DNA of 32,000 bases, taken from Candidatus Jordarchaeales archaeon. Lineage in GTDB: Archaea > Asgardarchaeota > Jordiarchaeia > Jordiarchaeales > Freyrarchaeaceae. The translations under genes and the position numbers were made by a program. Every line of letters begins with the position of its first letter. The stretch's first letter is position 1. Shown here one piece after another: positions 25,831 to 32,000 of this stretch. The stretch spans positions 30,001 to 62,000 of the forward strand of contig JAWCFL010000011.1 in assembly GCA_038858525.1 (NCBI GenBank). The letters run 5' to 3'. Under the pieces are notes generated by a model that saw only the letters and a list, made by a program, of their open reading frames with translations, ran no database searches and was not told the DNA's origin.

Positions 25831-26094
25831 TTACTCGTCCCTTACAGTTTCTAAGATTGATACGGCGCTCCATATTTTCGTTCTGCTGTGTAAGGGGCAG
25901 TTTGGGTCTTGTGAGACCTCTTCAAGTATTGATATGGCGTTTGAAGCTTTAACGGCAGGAGTATACTTTCCCTCTTTAAGAGCCTCTATTGCCTCACTTG
26001 CCGCTCTCCTAATATTTCTCGGAGTAGTCGTATCCTCTGATATCTGCTTTAAAATTGCTATCGCCTGATTCATTTTCTCGATAGAATCACTCAA
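25831..26094 (-). CDS. UPF0147 family protein
   Basis: ISEDTTTPRNIRRAA, ASNAISILEEVSQDPNCPLHSRTKIWSAVSILE. Confidence 0.93.
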   Translation of the reverse strand: MSDSIEKMNQAIAILKQISEDTTTPRNIRRAASEAIEALKEGKYTPAVKASNAISILEEVSQDPNCPLHSRTKIWSAVSILETVRDE

Positions 26095-26331
26095 CGTATA
26101 ACCCTCCCTGCACTTAATTGCAGGCTATGCATTCCTTCCTTTAAAACGGAACTCTTCTACGTGTTTTCTTATTCCTCACCTATCTCAATTAAAGTGTGGA
26201 CTATTTTTGTCTTACGCTACAATCTGCCTTAAACTAGTCTTCTTCCCTAAAAAGCACTTACCTTTGAAAAACGTTTATTTTTTATTAAGAGCTCCGTAGT
26301 ATCTGGGAGTATCTAACAAATTATTGTCTCG

Positions 26332-26682
26332 GTGGTTTTCTTGGAGTCTGAAGATTTGCAGAAAATGGTTGACATGTTACGACGTGGCGCGACGTTGCTT
26401 TCTAAGTCGTGTCCCGTATGTAACTCCCCCCTATTTAAGGTGGACGGGAAAATATGGTGTCCAACATGTGAAAAGCAAGTTGTTGTGATAAGAGAGGGAG
26501 AGCCGCCTCCCCCAGAGTTAAGTAGCTTGCTACTCGCCAGCTTGGCAAATGCAATCTATGAGAAGCTCAGAGGAGTAGAAGCACGCATCAGGGAAGCTAG
26601 AGACGCTGATGAGCTACAAGAGTCATTAAGACTTGCTGTTGGACTACTAGAAGTTTTAGAGCGAATAAAACGCTTAACTTAA
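26332..26682 (+). CDS. UPF0148 / autoantigen-p27 Zn-ribbon protein
   Basis: MLRRGATLLSKSCPVCNSPLFK...IWCPTC, followed by a coiled-coil. Start uncertain. Confidence 0.88.
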   Translation: MVFLESEDLQKMVDMLRRGATLLSKSCPVCNSPLFKVDGKIWCPTCEKQVVVIREGEPPPPELSSLLLASLANAIYEKLRGVEARIREARDADELQESLRLAVGLLEVLERIKRLT

Positions 26683-28938
26683 TTCTTCTTCGTTGTACTC
26701 GGCTTGGATGATCTTCCTTATTCGTTCCGCCTTCTTTTTTCCTATACCTTGAACTTCCATGAGCTCCTTCTCATTAGCAGTGAATACTTTTTCAACACTC
26801 TTAAACTTCTGAAGTAATCTTTTAGCTAAAATATGATCTACGCCTGGTAAGGCCGCTACCAAATGCTCCTGTAGCTCTTTTATTGTGCCTGGCTTTTTGA
26901 TTCCAATCCGTATTCCCTTTCTCCCCTCTTCTCTTTCTCTTCGAGCCACAGTCTTAATTACCTCAGCGGTTTCTTTAGCGTTTCTCGTCCAAAAAATTGG
27001 CGTTTTAAAGTCTAATGCTATACTTACTAACGCCCCTCTGATCGCTTCAGCCTTCACACCTCCTCTCTCATACAAGCCTTCCCCTTCTATTATCAAGAGG
27101 GGAGCTTCATAGGTCCTTGAGAGGTCGGCGATCTGCTTGAAAACACGCTGGTCTATGATTGACTGCACGAAATCGGTAGCCGTCTTACGCTCTATGCACA
27201 CTTTCTCCGAAACAACGTAGTCGCCAACATCTAGCTTCGTTAAAATAACCTCAACTCCAAGCCTAGCCAGCTCCTGAACAACAGGGCTCCCCCCCTCCCT
27301 CACATCCGCATAAACGGTTAACCTGTCTTCCTTTGGAATATATTCCTCCAAAGTGGCTTGCTGATTAACCTCCACCCTACTTTCTAATCCACCTCCTTTT
27401 CTCTCCAGCTCTCTTATGACTCCACGCATATTCTCCTCCCTCCACTTCACTGACCAATAGTATTTCTCGTCCATAGTTCCCTTAGCTATAAGGAAGACAA
27501 CCCTTCCCGGCCTACGCCTACCGGTCCGTCCCTTCCTCTGAACGAACCTTATAGCGCTGGGAGTAATGTCATAGAAGACTACTAAGTCACACTCGCTGAC
27601 ATCAATTCCCTCTTCAGCCACACTAGTGGCAACCAACACATTAAACTCTCCCCTTCTAAACCTTTCAAGAACCTCAGCTTGCTGCCTCTGTGTAAGGCCG
27701 GTAGCGTTTCCTCTGTTACCTTGCCCAACTATCCTGTCAGCGTTAATTCCATCCTCACGGAGCTTCTTCAATATGTCGTCTACTGTGCTTCTAAACTGCG
27801 TGAACACTATCACCCGCGACTCTGGTTTGCCAGAGAGTTGTTCTTTAACGACGTTGACAAGAACACCAAGCTTAGGGTGCGTCATCCCTTGAACGCTCAT
27901 TGCTGCCACTTCGCTCCTTACAGATGCTACGAGCGGATCTTCAAGAAGATTCATCAGTCCTCTCCCTCCCTTAATCCGAGCCCTTTCATTCATCCTCTCA
28001 AAGTACTTATTGAGGGCACTAATCCCCTGAGTCTCCAAAATTTCGTGAGCGTGAGCAAGCCTAATGGCGCCTGAGACCGCTGCTAAACACTCGTAATCCT
28101 TCTCGCTTTTCTCTTCTTTTCTCAAAAGTAACTCTTGAAGCTCTAGAAGCTCTCTTCTAGTCCACTTTTTCTTTGCCTGAACATACCCTGCTTCCCTCAA
28201 AATATTCATTAGTCCCTTAATGGCCTCTTCAAGCTTTGCTTTTGCGCGTAACATTTCTGGGGAAAGCGTTACGTTAACCCATTCAACCTTAACTTTTTTA
28301 ACATAAGGTGCAACGTCAGGGCTTCTTTCAGTTCGCGCCTCAACAAACTTTATGCTTAGAGCCCTACAGACATCCAGAACCTTTTCCCTTTGAGAACCGG
28401 GTGACGCGGTGAGTCCCAAGATAAGAGGCTTCTTCGCCTGCTTCAAATACTCCTCTGCTATGAAAACGTACGGGTAATCGCCTACCGCTCTATGTGCTTC
28501 ATCAAAGACCAGGAGAACCCAGTCTGAAGCATCCACTCGCCTAGCTATCAAGTCGTTTCTAACAACCTGCGGAGTTGCTATGATGACTTTTGCCATCCGC
28601 CATATGTTTTCCCTCTCCTCCGGCAACGTCTCTCCAGTGCAAGTTCTCACGGCGTCCTCAGGCAATTTTAAGATCTTTTTGAAAGTTTCTGAGTGCTGGA
28701 CAACTAAAGGCTTCGTGGGAGCTAGAACAACAACTTTCCCCCAATCGTATTTAAGTAACCTTTCCGCAGTCAAGATCGCCGCGATAACGGTCTTACCTAA
28801 ACCCGTAGGGAGCACCACAAGCGTGTTACCCTGCAAAGCCTTAGAAAATATGTTCCTTTGATACTCTCTAACTTCAACGCTTCCTTCCCTAATAAGAGGG
28901 TGCATAAACTGCTCCGAAGAATGCATGCTCTCCTTCAT
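26674..28938 (-). CDS. hef: Hef (FANCM-like) DEAH helicase fused to an ERCC4/XPF nuclease
   Basis: REYQ, PTGLGKT, FDEAHRA, GLTASPG, ATSVAEEGID, VQRKGRTGR, ERCC4 motifs (ADVRE, GDYVV, IERK) and two HhH motifs. Confidence 0.95.
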   Translation of the reverse strand: MKESMHSSEQFMHPLIREGSVEVREYQRNIFSKALQGNTLVVLPTGLGKTVIAAILTAERLLKYDWGKVVVLAPTKPLVVQHSETFKKILKLPEDAVRTCTGETLPEERENIWRMAKVIIATPQVVRNDLIARRVDASDWVLLVFDEAHRAVGDYPYVFIAEEYLKQAKKPLILGLTASPGSQREKVLDVCRALSIKFVEARTERSPDVAPYVKKVKVEWVNVTLSPEMLRAKAKLEEAIKGLMNILREAGYVQAKKKWTRRELLELQELLLRKEEKSEKDYECLAAVSGAIRLAHAHEILETQGISALNKYFERMNERARIKGGRGLMNLLEDPLVASVRSEVAAMSVQGMTHPKLGVLVNVVKEQLSGKPESRVIVFTQFRSTVDDILKKLREDGINADRIVGQGNRGNATGLTQRQQAEVLERFRRGEFNVLVATSVAEEGIDVSECDLVVFYDITPSAIRFVQRKGRTGRRRPGRVVFLIAKGTMDEKYYWSVKWREENMRGVIRELERKGGGLESRVEVNQQATLEEYIPKEDRLTVYADVREGGSPVVQELARLGVEVILTKLDVGDYVVSEKVCIERKTATDFVQSIIDQRVFKQIADLSRTYEAPLLIIEGEGLYERGGVKAEAIRGALVSIALDFKTPIFWTRNAKETAEVIKTVARREREEGRKGIRIGIKKPGTIKELQEHLVAALPGVDHILAKRLLQKFKSVEKVFTANEKELMEVQGIGKKKAERIRKIIQAEYNEEELS

Positions 28939-29071
28939 TTTCTCCTTCCCATCTGAAAACAGAACATAATTCCCAAAAACACTTCGATGCTCTCCAGATA
29001 ATATCTAATTATAAAATCATCCTTCCCATTAATTTTCATCACTCTTGACCATAATGTTTTTACAGGTGAAA

Positions 29072-29431
29072 ATGATGGAACTGGCTGTTATGGGTCAAGG
29101 CCGCGAAAATCTTTCAGGTGTCCATTGTGAATTATACGAGCTTAATGTTCCAGGCGACCTTGTAGGGAAACTGGTTATTGACGGAGCGGCGAGAATAGTG
29201 GGAATAGTGCGAAGCGTTAAGCTCGTTTTGCCCCCGGCAAAAATTGAAATAGTGGTTAAGGGGTTAGAAGTTGAGTTCTCGGTGGACGTCTCTAATGTCA
29301 GTGCTGTTGGCAGCGTTGTTCAACTGAAGAACGTTGCCAAAGAAGCTGAACCATTAGAACTAAGAGACGCTCAAAGGCTGAGGAAGGAGCTCATAGAAGA
29401 GATAAGAACAATGGCCTCAAACATATCTTAA
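29072..29431 (+). CDS. PRC-barrel-like protein with a C-terminal helix
   Basis: DLVGKLVIDGAARIVGIVRSV and SNVSAVGSVVQL fit the PRC-barrel pattern. ATG lies after GGTGA. Confidence 0.65.
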   Translation: MMELAVMGQGRENLSGVHCELYELNVPGDLVGKLVIDGAARIVGIVRSVKLVLPPAKIEIVVKGLEVEFSVDVSNVSAVGSVVQLKNVAKEAEPLELRDAQRLRKELIEEIRTMASNIS

Positions 29432-29444
29432 AAGGGGAATCTAA

Positions 29445-31352
29445 TCAAGCACCACTGTTAGCGTAAATCGCAGTACACCTAACCTCCATGCACTTAGAAC
29501 AATGGGCGCATCTATCCTCAAGTATCCATGCCATCCCCCAATTAATTAGAACAGCCTGTCTTTTACAGGCAGAAGCACACTCGCCGCAGCCCACACACCT
29601 CAACGCCTTAACCACAACATGAGCAACACGCCGCTTAATTTCATCTATCCCCTCCTCTGAACCGCTGGAAATCGTGAAGCTTCCATCCTCGAGTATCCTT
29701 GCCTCTCCCCACCTACAAGCAACAGCGACCTCACCTATACTCGTACTGACCTCACCCATTACGTTGGCAATGTTTTTGATACGTGAAAGGTCCAAAGGAG
29801 AGTTGAACCGTCCGGAAAGAATTGTTCTCCCGTCTCTCTCACCTCTTTGTCCGATGCAGTATGTAATCTTTTTTCCTCCAGCTGGTCTCTCAGCAAGCAT
29901 TACCCCCAATTGCTTAGCTAGTTCCAAATGTCCCTTCGGTAACCTTTTCCACCTCCAAAAACCATACCGAACCCATTCCTCAGGGTACCCGTATTTTTCT
30001 CTCCATTTTTCAAGAGTGCTCATCAACATTTTGTAAAAATCTTCATGTGTCTCCTTAAGCACTTCTATCTCCGAGAGCTTGCTTGCTGGACAAGGCCAAC
30101 ATCCTATCCTGCTAAGTCCTTTCTCGTAAAGTGAATTATACTCTACGCCCTCCCTAAATATATAGAGCCACACGTGAAGCGCAGTCCAGTTCTTGATAGG
30201 GTACGCTGCTATCTGCCCTGGAACCCAAGGGTTAACGTTAACCTTCGGCTCCCTAAACCTAGCTTCAGACTCATAACTTCTCTGCCCAATAAATGTCAGG
30301 CACCCCTCCGGAAAGTTCTCCTTAATAAGCTTCGTTAACGGTCCCAGCTTGCATCCCTTACAGCATATTCTGTAATCTCTCCCTGGAGGACCAAATTCCT
30401 CAACAAGCTTCCAGAAAACATCGCTGGCAACTTTTTCCTCCAATAAATCAACTCCTAGTTTTTTAATAAACCTCTCCGTGTAAGCTACAGTTTCAGGGAA
30501 CTCTACTCCGGTATCAACGAACAGAACCTTGAAGTTCTCTCCAAGCGCTTTTTGCACAAGTAAAAGAGTAACCAACGAATCCTTTCCGCCAGAAAAAGCC
30601 ACGGTCACGGGTCTACCGTAATTTTTAGCTACATTCCTAATGAAGCGTAACGCATCCTTTTCGAACATATCCAAGACTTCTTCGTTGGCCCTTACAGCAT
30701 CGCTCCATGTCCCCCTATTCGTTTCTTTCCCCCTTGGCAAAATTCCTCTTTCCCTTATCTTTACAGCCACTCCTCTTTCACGCGCCAGCATTTCTCTCCC
30801 CGACTTCTTTGCCACTCCAACAGCGAAAACTTCTCCATTAGAATCAACGACAACCACGTGATCTCCAATGTTAATTTCGTGATCACAATCTAGAACACCG
30901 GGACCGAGAAGATTGGCACTCCCCTGCAGTATGCTCTCAACCGCTCCCTTATCTGCGCAAACCCATTTACCTCCTCCTTGTTGCCATATAACACGTCCTC
31001 CAGCCAGCTTCGGTAAAAACTCCCAGCTCAGTTTAAAAACGTTAAATCTAAGAGCTCCGATAATTTCTCCGTCCATAATCACTTCGTCCATGTGGTCTAA
31101 GTAGGGCACCTTGTTTAGCACCACACAGCCATCACAACACAAGTCGACTCCAAACTGGAATTTCACAACATTACGCAGAACTTCAATTTCCCTTCTAAAG
31201 GCTGGCCTCACGTCTCCCGGCGGCGAAATATCGACATCAATTCCCCTTCCCCCGCACGATGAACATTTCTCATCTAGAAGCGGAACACCACAATCCATGC
31301 ACCAGAATAATTTAACAGCTCCCAAATAAACACCCAAATCGTCCACCCACAA
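29445..31352 (-). CDS. PAPS-reductase-family (PP-loop) protein with Zn ribbon, PUA and 4Fe-4S dicluster domains
   Basis: CMDC...CSSC, PUA (DKGAVESILQGSANLLGPGV), AFSGGKDS, CCKGCKLGP, RIGCWPCP and C-terminal CVGCGECASAC...CAHCSKC. Confidence 0.88.
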   Translation of the reverse strand: MWVDDLGVYLGAVKLFWCMDCGVPLLDEKCSSCGGRGIDVDISPPGDVRPAFRREIEVLRNVVKFQFGVDLCCDGCVVLNKVPYLDHMDEVIMDGEIIGALRFNVFKLSWEFLPKLAGGRVIWQQGGGKWVCADKGAVESILQGSANLLGPGVLDCDHEINIGDHVVVVDSNGEVFAVGVAKKSGREMLARERGVAVKIRERGILPRGKETNRGTWSDAVRANEEVLDMFEKDALRFIRNVAKNYGRPVTVAFSGGKDSLVTLLLVQKALGENFKVLFVDTGVEFPETVAYTERFIKKLGVDLLEEKVASDVFWKLVEEFGPPGRDYRICCKGCKLGPLTKLIKENFPEGCLTFIGQRSYESEARFREPKVNVNPWVPGQIAAYPIKNWTALHVWLYIFREGVEYNSLYEKGLSRIGCWPCPASKLSEIEVLKETHEDFYKMLMSTLEKWREKYGYPEEWVRYGFWRWKRLPKGHLELAKQLGVMLAERPAGGKKITYCIGQRGERDGRTILSGRFNSPLDLSRIKNIANVMGEVSTSIGEVAVACRWGEARILEDGSFTISSGSEEGIDEIKRRVAHVVVKALRCVGCGECASACKRQAVLINWGMAWILEDRCAHCSKCMEVRCTAIYANSGA

Positions 31353-31440
31353 ATTATAGAAGTCTCTTCATCAAATAAAAAGGACAAATTCGATAATAAT
31401 TTAGATTTGAACATTAAAAAAGAGAAAAGCTTCATGGGAG

Positions 31441-31854
31441 CTATTTTTCGAGCTCTTTTTCCACTATTTCGGCGTAGTTATCTGCACTTAACAAGTTTTC
31501 TTTTTCCTCTTCTATGTTTGAGGCTTCTATCACAACCATCCAGCCCTCGCCGTACGGATCGCTGTTAATAAGTTCAGGGGAATCCTCTAAAGCCTCGTTA
31601 ACCTCCACGATCGTTCCACTCACCGGCGCATAAAGTTCAGACACCGCCTTAACTGATTCGATAGTCCCAAACTCGTCTCCCTGACTTACTTCGTCACCGA
31701 CCTCGGGTAGCTCAACGTAGACTATCTCCTTCAACTGCTTCTGAGCAAAATCAGTGATTCCTACGCGAACCCTTCCATTCTCTATTTTAGCCCATTGGTG
31801 CGTCTCATTGTACAACAGGTCGTCAGGTATCTGTACATCATCAACTTTAACCAT
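31441..31854 (-). CDS. gcvH: Glycine cleavage system H protein
   Basis: LYNETHQW, VGITDFAQ, lipoyl motif IESVKAVSELYAPVSG and INSDPYGEGW. GGGAGG RBS. Confidence 0.97.
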   Translation of the reverse strand: MVKVDDVQIPDDLLYNETHQWAKIENGRVRVGITDFAQKQLKEIVYVELPEVGDEVSQGDEFGTIESVKAVSELYAPVSGTIVEVNEALEDSPELINSDPYGEGWMVVIEASNIEEEKENLLSADNYAEIVEKELEK

Positions 31855-32000
31855 TTTTTTCCTCCTTATACTAATTTCAGGTTTAGCTTCTCGAGTCGTT
31901 TACCTCATAAAGCTTTCGTTTCTCTACAAGTTAACTCTCCTATGTGATCCCTGACTTTACCTGAACCATGTTCACAACACCTTAGAAAAAAAGCCTCCTC

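Noticed and set aside
840-31954. Many short antisense or alternate-frame ORFs in the track (e.g. 840-1373, 2650-2979, 6503-6877, 9128-9544, 11630-12004, 23452-23859, 27679-28074, 29674-30036)
   Set aside because: They lie wholly within well-supported genes, are Ser/Pro/Leu-rich shadow translations and show no motifs.

Overview
Archaeal chromosomal window, gene-dense, with many TTG/GTG starts. PolD small subunit, Cdc6/Orc1, Hef, Dph5, Taw1, SepRS, FAU-1 and a BHB-intron tRNA point to a TACK/Asgard-type lineage; the exact taxon cannot be fixed from sequence alone. Both flanks are mostly housekeeping genes. The centre (about 12.0-19.6 kb) is a replication origin with three full ORB elements, an AT-rich spacer, and mini-ORBs at a winged-helix gene and cdc6. 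The most promising undescribed system sits left of the origin: an ExeA/TnsC-like AAA+ ATPase, a ribbon-helix-helix-like protein and an HTH-like protein, with clustered GA(T/C)ATC palindromes. It looks like a partition module with an AAA+ motor in place of ParA (inference). The origin also holds a Cas2/VapD-like small gene, a GTTAAC palindrome cluster and a pair of inverted 20-bp palindromes. Other highlights are a tRNA-Leu(CAG) apparently split by four non-canonical introns, a candidate -1 frameshift fusing a MoxR ATPase to its VWA partner, and a DP1 with GNHD changed to GGHD. All product calls come from recognised motifs and were not checked by database search.
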